64,000 bases of DNA from Polyangia bacterium. GTDB lineage: Bacteria; Myxococcota_A; Polyangia; JAAYKL01. Positions 49,204-60,006 of the stretch are shown in pieces; position 1 is the first letter of the stretch, and each line of letters begins with the position of its first letter. A model generated the notes under the pieces. The model was not told where the DNA came from. It ran no database searches and saw nothing but the letters and a program-made list of their open reading frames with translations. Both the position numbers and the translations under genes were made by a program. The stretch covers positions 23,506-87,505 of the forward strand of contig JBNKCR010000077.1 of assembly GCA_050287845.1 (NCBI GenBank). The letters are read 5' to 3'.

Positions 49204-50556
49204 ATGTCTTTGAACCTCACACCCGGTCTGCGCGCGGCGCTGCGTCCTGAATCACTCATTATGCTGTTTCTGGGCTTCTCCGCCGGTCTGCCCTATGTAC
49301 TTATCTTTTCAACGCTGTCTCTCTGGTTGAGCCGTGCGGGAGTGGATGTGGAGCAAATCACCATGCTGTACTGGGCCGGAATGCTCTTTGCCACAAAATT
49401 CATTTTCGCGCCGTTCATAGATCAGTTGAAACTTCCCGTCCTCACCCGGATGCTGGGCCGCCGTCGCGGTTGGATGATACTCTCCCAGCTGGGAATTTTT
49501 CTGAGTCTGATGGGGATGGGCCTGCAGGATCCATTGCAGCATATGGAGTATCTGGCGCTGCTTTCCATTTCTCTCGCGTTCTGTTCGGCCATTCAGGATA
49601 TTGTGGTGGATGCATTTCGCATTGAGTGTGCACCGCAGGAGTCGCAGGGGATTCTGGCCGCCACATATCTTGGCGGATACAGAAGCGCGATGTTGCTGTG
49701 CAAATGGGGTGCACCTGTGTTTGCCACATGGCTCAATCAGAATTCCGGAAGCTGTATGGATGCTGTCGCTCAATGCGGCAAGCCCTATGATTTGTCGGCA
49801 TGGCAGACGACGTACTGGATAATGGCGGGTTTCTCCACGGTGGGGATGATGACCACTCTCATTATCCGCGAGCCAACGTTGTTCGCGACCAAAGGAGCAA
49901 AGAGAACCGCAACTAACTTTTTCAGGGGGGCCATCGTTCAACCATTTGCGGACTTCTTTGCCAGATATGGAAAGCGCAGTGTTATCCTGCTGAGCATAAT
50001 TGGGCTGTACCGGATTTCGGACATCGTCATGGGGGTCATCGCAAATCCGTTTTATGTGAAGCTGGGATTTTCAGATCTTGAAATTGCCAATGTGACCGGT
50101 GCATTCGGAATGCTGACAACACTTATGGGAGCGGGAATCGGCGGGGTGCTGGTGTCCCGCTATGGCATTGTTCGGATTCTCTTTGTTGGTGCTCTTCTGG
50201 CATCAGCGACCAATCTGCTCTTTGCTGTTCTGGCCATTTCTGAACGAAGCCTATGGGGATTGGCGGTGGTTATCGTAGCCGACAATATCAGCGCAGGTAT
50301 TGCCACTGCGTCGTTCATTGCCTTTTTATCGAGCCTGACCAATGTGGCGTTCTCCGCCACTCAATACGCCCTGTTCAGTTCATTGATGGGACTGTTGCCC
50401 AAATTGATTGCGGGTTTCTCCGGCGCCCTCGTGGCAACCATGGGATATCCCACATTTTTCATTCTGACCGCACTGCCAGGTGCTCCGGTGATTTTTTTGC
50501 TGATCAGATATTTGAGTATTCTGGAGAAGAAAGATGAAACGGCGCAAATCCAGTAA
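49204..50556 (+). CDS. ampG: AmpG family MFS muropeptide permease
   Basis: LGFSAGLP, GRRRGW, SAIQDIVVDAFRIE, SATQYALFSS. Confidence 0.93.
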   Translation: MSLNLTPGLRAALRPESLIMLFLGFSAGLPYVLIFSTLSLWLSRAGVDVEQITMLYWAGMLFATKFIFAPFIDQLKLPVLTRMLGRRRGWMILSQLGIFLSLMGMGLQDPLQHMEYLALLSISLAFCSAIQDIVVDAFRIECAPQESQGILAATYLGGYRSAMLLCKWGAPVFATWLNQNSGSCMDAVAQCGKPYDLSAWQTTYWIMAGFSTVGMMTTLIIREPTLFATKGAKRTATNFFRGAIVQPFADFFARYGKRSVILLSIIGLYRISDIVMGVIANPFYVKLGFSDLEIANVTGAFGMLTTLMGAGIGGVLVSRYGIVRILFVGALLASATNLLFAVLAISERSLWGLAVVIVADNISAGIATASFIAFLSSLTNVAFSATQYALFSSLMGLLPKLIAGFSGALVATMGYPTFFILTALPGAPVIFLLIRYLSILEKKDETAQIQ

Positions 50557-50831
50557 TATGTGGAAAATATGGGGTCTGCGCTATTTCGTACACGGTCGGT
50601 ACTGACGAATTCATGTGACATAATTGAAAAAGACGCGACAATTACGTGACATTTCGATTACTCGTGCGCACTTTTTTAGTCAACGAAATATTACTGCTTG
50701 ACAGGCTGTTAAAAAGACGCGAGACAAAAAGTACCAGTACAGTTTGAATCAGTCGTTATTCCTGATTGCTTACAGGCCACTACACCCACAGATGGTGCAT
50801 TGGGGTTGTGGCCGAATTCGGATGTGGGTTC

Positions 50832-53800
50832 ATGAGCGGAACAAGAAATACAAGCGAGCAATACTATTCTTCAACGGTACAGGAAAATGAACAACGTACC
50901 TGCACAACCGCTCCTCTGCATTCGCGGGGAAAACTTTTATCCGGAAATGAGGCCATTGCGCACGCTGCCTGGGAAGCGGGTGTTCATGTGGCATGCGGAT
51001 ATCCGGGAACCCCCAGTACTGAAATTCTCGAAACCATTGCCGGCTTTTCTGAAGTGAAAAGCGAATGGTCCACCAACGAAAAAGTGGCGTTGGAAGTTGC
51101 CATTGGCGCGAGCATCGCCGGGGCGCGAACGCTGGTAGCCATGAAACACGTGGGATTGAACGTTGCCGCCGATCCGTTTTTCTCCGTTGCCTACACGGGG
51201 GTGAATGGAGGACTGGTGATTATTTCGGCGGATGATCCCGGTATGCATTCATCTCAGAATGAGCAGGACAACCGGCTGATTGCCGCTGCAGCGCGTATCC
51301 CGGTGATGGAACCCTCTTCCAGTCAGGAAGCAAGGGATTTTGTTATTGCCGCTTTTGATATTTCAGAAGCGTTCGATACGCCCGTACTGATTCGAACGAC
51401 GACGCGCATCGCCCATGGGAAAGCGCCGGTCAACGTGCGGGAACGAAAAAATGTGGCGCTGCGTCCCTACAGAAAACAGCCGGAAAAAAATATTCTGTTG
51501 CCATCGGTCAGTCGGCAGAAACATTTCATTATTGAACATGAGTTGATGCCCCGTCTGCGTGAGGAAGCGGCCAGATGGACCAGAGTGATTGACGGGACAG
51601 ATGACATTTCTTTCATTACATCAGCAGCGTCATATCACTACGTGAAAGAGGCGTTTCCGAAATCGCGGATTCTGAAAATTGGAATGACATATCCCCTTCC
51701 CGAGAAGTCGATTCTCGATTTTGTCGAAAGTGCCGGCGGCAAACGGATGGTTGTTGTGGAAGAGCTGGAGCCTTTCATGGAGCAGCAAATCGCTGCGTTG
51801 GGGATACCCGTGGAAGGAAAAAATATTCTGCCCAGATGCGGCGAGCTTTCGGTGGATATTATCCGCGAAGCCGTGACGCCGAATCATTCGCCGGTGCCTA
51901 CGTCGGTTCGGGAGAGTTTGCCCCTGCCGCCCCGTCCACCGGTTATGTGCGCCGGTTGCTCACATCGCGGCACTTTTTATGCGTTGAAGCAGCTCAAGGC
52001 CATTGTGGCCGGAGATGTGGGCTGCTACACCCTTGGCGCGTTGGCTCCCCTTGAGGCCATTGACTGCAGCATCAATATGGGGGCGTCGATTTCCATGGCA
52101 CACGGCATGGAGCACGTCATGAACGACGACGATAAAAAACGTCTGGTGGCAGTGATTGGCGATTCGACATTTTTTCACTCCGGAATACCCGCGCTGGTGG
52201 ATGTTCTGTACAATGGCGCCAATACCACCACTGTCATTCTGGACAATCACACGTCGGCGATGACCGGCCATCAGCCCCATCCGGGGTCGGGCGAGAGTAT
52301 CAGTGGAGACGTGGCCAAACGGATTGATATTGAGAAGCTGTGCAAGGGACTGGGTATCGATTCGGTTCGGCGTTCCAATCCGTATGACCTGCTGCACACG
52401 CTGCGAACCATTGATGAGGAAATGCACAGGAAGGCGCCGTCGGTGGTGATAGCGGATGCGCCCTGCGCGCTGAAATCGGGATTGCGTTTCGGTGCACCCA
52501 TTTCGCTGAACACCGACAAATGCACGCAATGTTTTGCCTGCACCCGGGTAGGGTGTCCGGCCATCGAATTTGAAAATGAGCATTTGCGAATCAACTCGTT
52601 GTTGTGTGTGGCCTGTGGTCACTGCGGTCAGGTGTGTTCCGATTGCAATGCCGGTCTGGACATCCCGCTCATTCTGGAATTGATGCACCAGGAACGCTAC
52701 AGAGAGGCATTCAATGTGGTTGTCCGGGACAATCCATTCCCCGCGGTCGCCGCCAGAATCTGTCCCCATCCATGTGAACATGAAGAGAACGCCCTTGGGA
52801 ATTCGCAGGTGCAAATTCGCGCTGAGCGATATCCCGAACTGGTTCGGGATTTTCCGCAATCTCACAACATCCATGCAATTTCCATTCATGCTATCGAATG
52901 GTTCCTGGGCGACTACGGTATTGTGAATGTGTCGGGGACGTCCATGACGCCAGCCTCGGAACAGCCATACCATGTGGTGGTTGTCGGTGCAGGCCCCGCA
53001 GGACTGTCGGCGGCATATCATCTGCGACGTTCGGGGGCCAAGGTAACGGTGCTGGATCGACATCCGCTGCCCGGTGGCATGCTGCGCTACGGCATTCCGG
53101 AGTTTCGGCTGCCCAGGGATATTCTGGACGCGGAGATACAGCGACTGAAGGATATGGATATTGCATTTGCCTGCAATGTCTCGCTGGGGAATCACATGCA
53201 TCTGGCCGATCTGTCAGAACAGTATGATGCGGTGGTTCTGGCGGTTGGAGAGTCGAAGCCCAAAGGATTGACGCTGGACGGTGCGCAATACGTTCAGACG
53301 GGGCTCGCGTACGGTCTGGACTTTCTGTACCGTTACAACACAGGCACACTCGAAGAATTAAACGGATCTGTCGCCGTCATCGGTGGTGGAAATACAGCCA
53401 TTGACTGTGCACGGGCCGCTCGAAGGCGAGGCGCCGATGTGGTTGTCTATTACCGGCGGCACGAAAAGGATATGCCCGCATACCGCACCGAAATTGAACA
53501 GGCCATCCGGGAAGGAGTTGGCTTCCGATTCATGGTGACGCCCACCGCGGTGGTGAGCGAAAATGGTGCATTGACCGGTGTTACCTTTTCAAAGGCAGAT
53601 TCCGGGGGGCTGCGGCATCTTTACGACGTTGCAGCGGAAGGCATTACAGTACCGACCAGTCTGGCCATTGTGGCCATTGGCGAGCAGGCGGATTTGACGT
53701 TCCTTGCGGGTTCTGACGTGGATCATGAGCACCGTATCCATGCGAACTTCATGGGCGTCACCCCCAGCACCGGTGTGTTCAGCTGTGGTGATGCGGCATT

Positions 53801-53888
53801 CGGATATGGAACCGTCACCCAGGGGATATCGACCGGAAAGCGGGCTGCGGAATCGGTATTGGCGTACTTGAAGCAGAGAGAAGATTAA
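50832..53888 (+). CDS. iorA: Indolepyruvate:ferredoxin oxidoreductase alpha subunit fused to a GltD-like FAD/NAD(P)H oxidoreductase
   Basis: GNEAIA, YPGTPSTE, KHVGLNVAAD, CAGCSHR, GDVGC, GDSTFFHSG, two ferredoxin Cys motifs. Then NPFP..RICPHPCE, GAGPAG, YGIPEFRLP, GGGNTAIDCAR. Confidence 0.92.
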   Translation: MSGTRNTSEQYYSSTVQENEQRTCTTAPLHSRGKLLSGNEAIAHAAWEAGVHVACGYPGTPSTEILETIAGFSEVKSEWSTNEKVALEVAIGASIAGARTLVAMKHVGLNVAADPFFSVAYTGVNGGLVIISADDPGMHSSQNEQDNRLIAAAARIPVMEPSSSQEARDFVIAAFDISEAFDTPVLIRTTTRIAHGKAPVNVRERKNVALRPYRKQPEKNILLPSVSRQKHFIIEHELMPRLREEAARWTRVIDGTDDISFITSAASYHYVKEAFPKSRILKIGMTYPLPEKSILDFVESAGGKRMVVVEELEPFMEQQIAALGIPVEGKNILPRCGELSVDIIREAVTPNHSPVPTSVRESLPLPPRPPVMCAGCSHRGTFYALKQLKAIVAGDVGCYTLGALAPLEAIDCSINMGASISMAHGMEHVMNDDDKKRLVAVIGDSTFFHSGIPALVDVLYNGANTTTVILDNHTSAMTGHQPHPGSGESISGDVAKRIDIEKLCKGLGIDSVRRSNPYDLLHTLRTIDEEMHRKAPSVVIADAPCALKSGLRFGAPISLNTDKCTQCFACTRVGCPAIEFENEHLRINSLLCVACGHCGQVCSDCNAGLDIPLILELMHQERYREAFNVVVRDNPFPAVAARICPHPCEHEENALGNSQVQIRAERYPELVRDFPQSHNIHAISIHAIEWFLGDYGIVNVSGTSMTPASEQPYHVVVVGAGPAGLSAAYHLRRSGAKVTVLDRHPLPGGMLRYGIPEFRLPRDILDAEIQRLKDMDIAFACNVSLGNHMHLADLSEQYDAVVLAVGESKPKGLTLDGAQYVQTGLAYGLDFLYRYNTGTLEELNGSVAVIGGGNTAIDCARAARRRGADVVVYYRRHEKDMPAYRTEIEQAIREGVGFRFMVTPTAVVSENGALTGVTFSKADSGGLRHLYDVAAEGITVPTSLAIVAIGEQADLTFLAGSDVDHEHRIHANFMGVTPSTGVFSCGDAAFGYGTVTQGISTGKRAAESVLAYLKQRED

Positions 53889-53923
53889 AGTCCTTCTCTT
53901 TGCAGAAAGCAAAAGGGAAAAAC

Positions 53924-54592
53924 ATGAATTCTCTTACTGGATTTAAAAATTCGAACATCATTCTGGCAGGAGTGGGCGGTCAGGGTTCAATCACAGCTGG
54001 TCAAATCGCCGCGCGGGCAGCATCTATTGCTGGACATGAGGTGGTGATGTCCGAGGTGCATGGAATGGCCCAGAGAGGCGGGTCGGTCATGTCCACGGTT
54101 CGGTATGGCTGTGTACAGTCGCCGGTGGTCTCCATGGGGGAAGCCGACTTTCTATTGGGATTCGAAAAACTGGAGGCATTGCGATACGCACCATGGCTAC
54201 GGCCGGAAGGTGTGGCGGTGGTGAGTGATCAATGCATCATTCCCACAGTGGAGGCACTGAAAAAAGTGGGCTACCCCACTGACATCGAAAGAAAGCTCAG
54301 TCGGCATTCCGAAAAGATTGTGCTGCTGCCCGCACTGGATATGGCGGAACAGCTGGGAAATCCAAGATTGATTGGGACGGTGATTCTGGGAGCCTTTTCG
54401 GCGTTTCTTGACCTTCCCGCATCGGTGTGGGAACAGGCCCTTGGCGAAATCGTGCCTCCCAAAACCATTTCCCTCAATCTGCATGCGTTTGAAGCAGGGT
54501 ATGACTTCATGCGCGAAAGCAGGTTCTTCACCGAACGCAAAGTGGCGAATGCTTCCGGCGAAGAGCGGGACAGCTGGGTATTCACCGCCTGA
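53924..54592 (+). CDS. iorB: Indolepyruvate oxidoreductase beta subunit
   Basis: GVGGQG, SEVHGMAQRGGSV, FEKLEALR, NLHAFEAG. Confidence 0.95.
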   Translation: MNSLTGFKNSNIILAGVGGQGSITAGQIAARAASIAGHEVVMSEVHGMAQRGGSVMSTVRYGCVQSPVVSMGEADFLLGFEKLEALRYAPWLRPEGVAVVSDQCIIPTVEALKKVGYPTDIERKLSRHSEKIVLLPALDMAEQLGNPRLIGTVILGAFSAFLDLPASVWEQALGEIVPPKTISLNLHAFEAGYDFMRESRFFTERKVANASGEERDSWVFTA

Positions 54593-54754
54593 CAGCATCG
54601 TCAGCGCACCGCGAGTTTATTCCTTTTACGCACTGGCAGTGCATGCCTTCACTCATTTTCCGGTTGACTGCAGAACTTTTCATTCCGGATTGGAACTCGA
54701 CGTTTCCGGTTTATCAGCTACATTTTCAGTAACAGATTATGGAGCCAGATCCTG

Positions 54755-55432
54755 ATGAAATTTGGAACGGAACCCCGGAAGATATTGTTTGTTGACGATG
54801 AACCGGCCATTCTGGACGGCCTCTCCAGAGGCTTTCGTGCAGCCGGGTACACGGTGTTCACCGCCACCGACGGGTCTGAAGCCCTCGATATTATGCAGCG
54901 GCACACCATCTCGGTAATTGTTGCCGACTATTACATGCCCAGCATGAAGGGGACGGAATTGCTCGCCATTTGCCGGGAGCGCTGGCCGGACTGTATGCGA
55001 ATCATGCTGACCGGCGGCGGTAATCTGGACATCGCTCTGAGTGCGACGTTCAATGGCTGGGTGTATCAGTACGTGGAAAAACCGGTGAAAATGGACGAGC
55101 TGAGAGCCATCGTTGATGAAGCGGTTCAGTTTCGTCAGCGGGCGTACCAGCCGGAGTACGCCAGACTGCTGTTTTCTCCCGACGCCCACGTCAACCTCCT
55201 GGCGCACATGCGGATTACCACATCCCCGGACAGGCCCACATTCGCTGCGCACACCTCTCCTCTGGAATGGGCGGTGGAGATTTGCCAGATCAACCAGCTG
55301 CCTCCCGAGCTGGACCGTTTGCGGCCATTGATTGATATTCTGTATCATGTCTGCGAAATCGCCTCCGATTCAAACCTGACCGATAAAGAGGCCCTTTCCG
55401 GAATACGCGTCCTGGTGGAACCGATTCAATGA
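54755..55432 (+). CDS. Response regulator (receiver domain plus unidentified C-terminal region)
   Basis: VDDE, ADYYMP, MLTG, EKP. Confidence 0.88.
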   Translation: MKFGTEPRKILFVDDEPAILDGLSRGFRAAGYTVFTATDGSEALDIMQRHTISVIVADYYMPSMKGTELLAICRERWPDCMRIMLTGGGNLDIALSATFNGWVYQYVEKPVKMDELRAIVDEAVQFRQRAYQPEYARLLFSPDAHVNLLAHMRITTSPDRPTFAAHTSPLEWAVEICQINQLPPELDRLRPLIDILYHVCEIASDSNLTDKEALSGIRVLVEPIQ

Positions 55433-55606
55433 GTCTGCCGGGGCTCCCGGGCGCCCTGGGCTGGCCCATCGCTGGATGACCCTGCTCGGAGCTCCGGGCA
55501 GTTCCATGTTGTACAGGGGGTATTGTCCTGCCCAAAAAGCGAACCTCAATGTTATGGTAATTTCATCAACAGAATGTGGATTCGATGCAATGGGGGAAAG
55601 GAAGAA

Positions 55607-56326
55607 TCAGGGGGCACAGTATTTTTCGGTGGGTATGATTTCTTTTATGGTCACCGTCGCGTTTTTCAGGATGACATATTCAGAGACGCCGTACTCCGGT
55701 GTCGCCGGGTTCCAGTCGTAGGTGTACCCCAGCCTTGTCCAGGGGTAGCCGGGAGGAGTCCCGTACGCGACCGCTGTCTGGTTGGCAAAGAAAATGCCAT
55801 GGGCGTCATCGGTGACCTCTGCCTGAACGGCACATTGCGGTGCGTCGATACTTGGGTCAATGCAGGGACGGAACAGGTCTTTGCGGTGAACCGCCATTAA
55901 CACAAAACTGCGCTCTTCCAGGTGGTCCGGCGGCAGTCCGAGCAGTTGCTGCATTCGAATGACCTGGTGTTCTCCTGTGAATTGTCGGCATTTGTCCTGC
56001 ACTTCCGGAAGCAGCGTTACCCAGGTGAATCTGGAAAAGACGGTGGTTTTGCCCGCAGGATAATATTGCAGAGATTCCTTTTTCACCCAGCTGACCACGG
56101 TGACCGATTCTCCTTCGGGCAGCTTCAGGTCGTGGACTTCATCGGGGTCGGCAATGGCCGCATCCTCGAGCGCCATCCTGTACAACGCTTTCAAATCCGT
56201 CTCACTCTCCGGTTCAGCTGCCCGTGAATGAGACCCGGATTTCTGTGGAGACCGGGCAGCGCCACATGCAGTCAGCGCAGCGAGCAACACCAGGGCGAAT
56301 CCTGTTCTCATGGTTTGATCAATCAT
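55607..56326 (-). CDS. Lipoprotein of unknown function
   Basis: RBS aagga, lipobox LTA-C, QLLGLPP, LFRPC, YPWTRLGYTYDW. Confidence 0.8.
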   Translation of the reverse strand: MIDQTMRTGFALVLLAALTACGAARSPQKSGSHSRAAEPESETDLKALYRMALEDAAIADPDEVHDLKLPEGESVTVVSWVKKESLQYYPAGKTTVFSRFTWVTLLPEVQDKCRQFTGEHQVIRMQQLLGLPPDHLEERSFVLMAVHRKDLFRPCIDPSIDAPQCAVQAEVTDDAHGIFFANQTAVAYGTPPGYPWTRLGYTYDWNPATPEYGVSEYVILKNATVTIKEIIPTEKYCAP

Positions 56327-56529
56327 TGTCGATTTCCTTGTCTATTTTAACAGTTTGACACAGATTCGGAGAAAGCCATAAAAAAGTGAATTGGGGAGTG
56401 GATTCGGGGGGCTCGGTCGCTGTATGATTGGCGCCACAAACCCCGGTGATGCTCCCGGATTCCCAATTCCCGACAAAGGCGTCTGAATTTTCGGAGAACA
56501 TTCACCCGAAATGGAAAAAAGGTTGGACC

Positions 56530-57423
56530 ATGAAAGCATGTGACCCTCTGGATTTAATCGGAATGACACCACTGATCAGGCTGCGCCATGACAATATTGT
56601 CGCGAAAGCAGAGTTTCTCAACCCGGGCGGGAGCATTAAGGACAGAATTGCCCTGTCGATGATTGAAGCGGCGGAACACAGCGGCGTTCTGAAACCCGGA
56701 ATGCAGATTGTGGAGCCCACGTCGGGGAATACCGGTATTGGAATCACATTGGTGGGCGTGGCCAAAGGGTACAGAGTGAATATCGTTATGCCGGAAGGCA
56801 TGAGTCAGGAACGCCGGAATATCATCAGAGTACTCGGGGGAAATCTGATCCTTACGCCCGATGAGGACAACATCGCCGGCGCGGTACGAAAAGCGGAGCA
56901 ACTGATGGCGGAGCTGGGCGATATGGCATTCATGCCGCATCAGTTTTCCAATCCCAATAACTGGCTGGCGCACTATGAATACACCGGGCCGGAACTATGG
57001 CGTCAGACCGGAGATCGGATTGATGCGTTTGTTTCGGGCATTGGCAGTGGCGGGACCATTCAGGGCATCGGCACATTTTTGCGAAAGAAAAATCCAAACG
57101 TGCGGATTGTCGCTGCGGAACCCATCAATAATTCCGCATTGCTGGGACACGAGCCGGGATTGCACGCCATTCAGGGAATCGGGGACGGATTTGTTCCGGA
57201 CCTGCTGGACCAGAGCATTATTGACGAAGTGGTCGAAGTGACCGATGAAGACGCCATGAACACCACGCGCGAACTGGCCCGTACCAATTCACTGTTGTGC
57301 GGCACGTCCTCCGGCGCCAACATCTGGGCGGCCCGCCAGATTGCCCGGAGACATCCCGAATGGGTGATTGCCACCATTTTACCCGATCGCGCCGAACGCT
57401 ATTTCAGCACCGGATTGCTGTAG
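56530..57423 (+). CDS. cysK: Cysteine synthase (O-acetylserine sulfhydrylase)
   Basis: NPGGSIKDR, EPTSGNTG, GIGSGGT, IQGIG, ERYFST. Confidence 0.95.
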   Translation: MKACDPLDLIGMTPLIRLRHDNIVAKAEFLNPGGSIKDRIALSMIEAAEHSGVLKPGMQIVEPTSGNTGIGITLVGVAKGYRVNIVMPEGMSQERRNIIRVLGGNLILTPDEDNIAGAVRKAEQLMAELGDMAFMPHQFSNPNNWLAHYEYTGPELWRQTGDRIDAFVSGIGSGGTIQGIGTFLRKKNPNVRIVAAEPINNSALLGHEPGLHAIQGIGDGFVPDLLDQSIIDEVVEVTDEDAMNTTRELARTNSLLCGTSSGANIWAARQIARRHPEWVIATILPDRAERYFSTGLL

Positions 57424-57464
57424 TCATAAAAAAAAGAAGAGAGAAGAGGGCGAGAAATCAGAAT

Positions 57465-58799
57465 TTATCTCGACCACTTGATGGTTTCAGCGCCGCCGCC
57501 AATCACCTTGATTTGGTTGAGGCCTTCCGGGTTGGAGATGAACACGCCTCCCCGGGAAGAATGAAACGCCACCTGACGGCAATCCGGGCTGAACGCCGGA
57601 TCCATGTTGCTGCCCTGATGCTGAGTCAGCCGCCGAATCTGGCCGCTGCCGGCATCCACGGTGAATACATCGTATTTCCCGCCATCGCGTCCGGTAAAGG
57701 CAATCAGGTTCGAGCCAGGCCTCGGACACCACGCCGGCGTCTGATTGTACGACCCCTTGTAGGTGACGCGTTTGGCCCCCCCTCCACCGGCGCCCATCAC
57801 GAATACCTGGGGGGAGCCATGGCGATCGGACACAAACGCGATTTTCGAACCGTCCGGACTGAACGACGGGGATACGTCGATGGAGCCGGAGTTGGTCAGG
57901 CGGGTAAGGCCGGAGCCATCGGCATTGCCCACGTAGATTTCAGGATTGCCGTCTCTGGACAGTACCACCGCCATTTTTCCGCCGTGAAATGTTGCGCCCA
58001 TGTTCAGCCCCGGATGGTTGAGTACCGGTGTTCGCATGCCTGTCCGATACAGGTAGGGCGCGCCTTCCACAAACGACGTGTAATAGATGGAGCCTCCGGG
58101 GCCAAAAGCCGGCAGAATGTTGATGGATTCGTTCCGGGTCACCCGGGATACGCCCCCTCCGGTCCAGTCGGCGGTAAAGATGTGTTTCACCTTCGGTCCG
58201 ATTCGTCTGGCAAACGCGAGTCTAGTACCGAAAGCGCCCGGTTCACCGGTAAAGTGTCTGATCACTTCGTTAACCCATTGGTGTACCATGCCCCGCACAT
58301 CTTCGGCCGCCCCGGTGTATTTTCGGGTCAGCACGGGCGTTGTGCCCCGGGCCACCTCAAACAGCGCAAAATTCAGACTGACCCGGGTGCCTGCTCTGGT
58401 TGCCGTGCATTTGCTGACGCCCTGGGCACCCACCTGAATCCACGGATCCCTGTCAATCCCCATTCCTTCCGCGTTCAGATCCGCCAGAAACGATTTGCTG
58501 TTGAGCACCTTGAACAGACTGGAAAGCCGAAAGTCGTTTTCCTGGATGTCCTTCACTTCTGTCGCCACGTTCGCGGTTCCCAGCGGCATCGGTACCGCAA
58601 TGGAGTACAGGTCGCGAATCCCTCCCCAGATTTCCACTTCCAGGGGCGCGTTCTCCGACATCACCGGCAGCGCTTCCTCACCATTCTTTTTGTCTTTCTG
58701 ATTCTGACTGGCCAGTACTCTGGGCATTGCCACCACAAGTGTCAGCAACACCAGAAGACCAACCATCTTCACCGAAATATTTAAAAATCGTTTCATCAT
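57465..58799 (-). CDS. tolB: TolB-like periplasmic protein with PD40 repeats
   Basis: Signal peptide, FTGEPGAFGTRLAF, SPSFSPDGSKIAFVSDR, repeated PD40 units. Confidence 0.9.
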   Translation of the reverse strand: MMKRFLNISVKMVGLLVLLTLVVAMPRVLASQNQKDKKNGEEALPVMSENAPLEVEIWGGIRDLYSIAVPMPLGTANVATEVKDIQENDFRLSSLFKVLNSKSFLADLNAEGMGIDRDPWIQVGAQGVSKCTATRAGTRVSLNFALFEVARGTTPVLTRKYTGAAEDVRGMVHQWVNEVIRHFTGEPGAFGTRLAFARRIGPKVKHIFTADWTGGGVSRVTRNESINILPAFGPGGSIYYTSFVEGAPYLYRTGMRTPVLNHPGLNMGATFHGGKMAVVLSRDGNPEIYVGNADGSGLTRLTNSGSIDVSPSFSPDGSKIAFVSDRHGSPQVFVMGAGGGGAKRVTYKGSYNQTPAWCPRPGSNLIAFTGRDGGKYDVFTVDAGSGQIRRLTQHQGSNMDPAFSPDCRQVAFHSSRGGVFISNPEGLNQIKVIGGGAETIKWSR

Positions 58800-58876
58800 C
58801 GTTCCTTCTCTCCTCTTCGCAGAACACTTCCGGCGAGGGGGTTCCGTTCGCCGGTACGCGTCGCATCGCCGGGGCC

Positions 58877-59692
58877 TCAGGGACCGGGCGCGTCACTGCC
58901 GTTCAGCTTCACTATCATCCCACCACCGTATATCCGGCCGGCAATCGCTTCCGGCGGTTCAGGCAGATGGCGTACTTCCTTCTGAGTTCGCTCCACCGCA
59001 TTGATCACCGAATCGTCAAACATCCGGTTGCCGGAAGACTTCAGCAATCGATACTCAATGATGGTCATTTCCGCATTGAACTTCAGGCTGATTTTCACTT
59101 TGAGGTCCCGCAGTTCCGATTCCGAAATCAGAGTGGGTACCACCCAGCGTTCCTTGATAAACCGGGTAATCCGTCTACCGTAGGTGGCCCCCATGGATGC
59201 CAGCGCCGGATCGGTCACATCGCCATCGGGAACACCGTCCGGATGCCCTTCGGGCACATAGTCATCCTGGATTTCCGCAAACGCCCGGGCTTTGTCAAAT
59301 ACTTCCCGCAACTTGTCATCATTCACCGCATCCGCCTGGGGTCTGGGCTTTTCCTCCTTTTTGGGAGGCTCGGGCTTGTCGGCGTTCCGATCAAGGGCAA
59401 TGACCTCCCTGGGAGCCGTGGGCAATGCGGGCACGATGCGGTCGGGCAGCTCTTTTTCGTCCTTGATTTCTCCGGACTTCAGCAAACGGGCTTCCACATA
59501 CTCAAAAGGCGCATCACCAGATACATCGTCACCGGCTCCGATTCCCGCCTTTTCAACCAGAGGCAGGAGCAGAATCATCACCATAAACACAATTACACCG
59601 GCCGTTCCCCCGGCCAAAGCCACAGGGTCCGAACCGGCTTCCGCCGGCTTGATATTTTCAAAAGGAATGATATCTATCTGTGTGTAATCCAT
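58877..59692 (-). CDS. tolA: TolA/TonB C-terminal domain protein
   Basis: N-terminal TM helix, Pro/charged linker, KSSGNRMFDDSVINAV..LPEPP. Directly upstream of tolB. Confidence 0.75.
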   Translation of the reverse strand: MDYTQIDIIPFENIKPAEAGSDPVALAGGTAGVIVFMVMILLLPLVEKAGIGAGDDVSGDAPFEYVEARLLKSGEIKDEKELPDRIVPALPTAPREVIALDRNADKPEPPKKEEKPRPQADAVNDDKLREVFDKARAFAEIQDDYVPEGHPDGVPDGDVTDPALASMGATYGRRITRFIKERWVVPTLISESELRDLKVKISLKFNAEMTIIEYRLLKSSGNRMFDDSVINAVERTQKEVRHLPEPPEAIAGRIYGGGMIVKLNGSDAPGP

Positions 59693-60006
59693 GGTTCCTG
59701 AAATTCTCTTCTGATAAAAACGGTTTGTCCCCGTACTTTGTTTCAAATGTTTTGATGTTTTTCCGCCGGATTGCAAGATATTTGACGGATTTTCCTTTTT
59801 GAACACATCCCCCTTCTTTCCGGTACAGACCTGTGTTAGTCATATCTACGCTTTTTCCGTGGCATCAACACCGCCCATGAACTGGATTTTTTCAGGCCGT
59901 AACTGCTATGTGGAAAAGTGAGCTGCCCGAATGTGTCCATTCGACCAGAGTAGCTCTTCATGACGCCGTCTGGGGTCCCATTGTCCGGAAATAAAAAGGA
60001 AGCCGA

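Noticed and set aside
57297..58784. 495 aa plus-strand ORF
   Set aside because: It is the antisense shadow of tolB and has no recognisable motifs.
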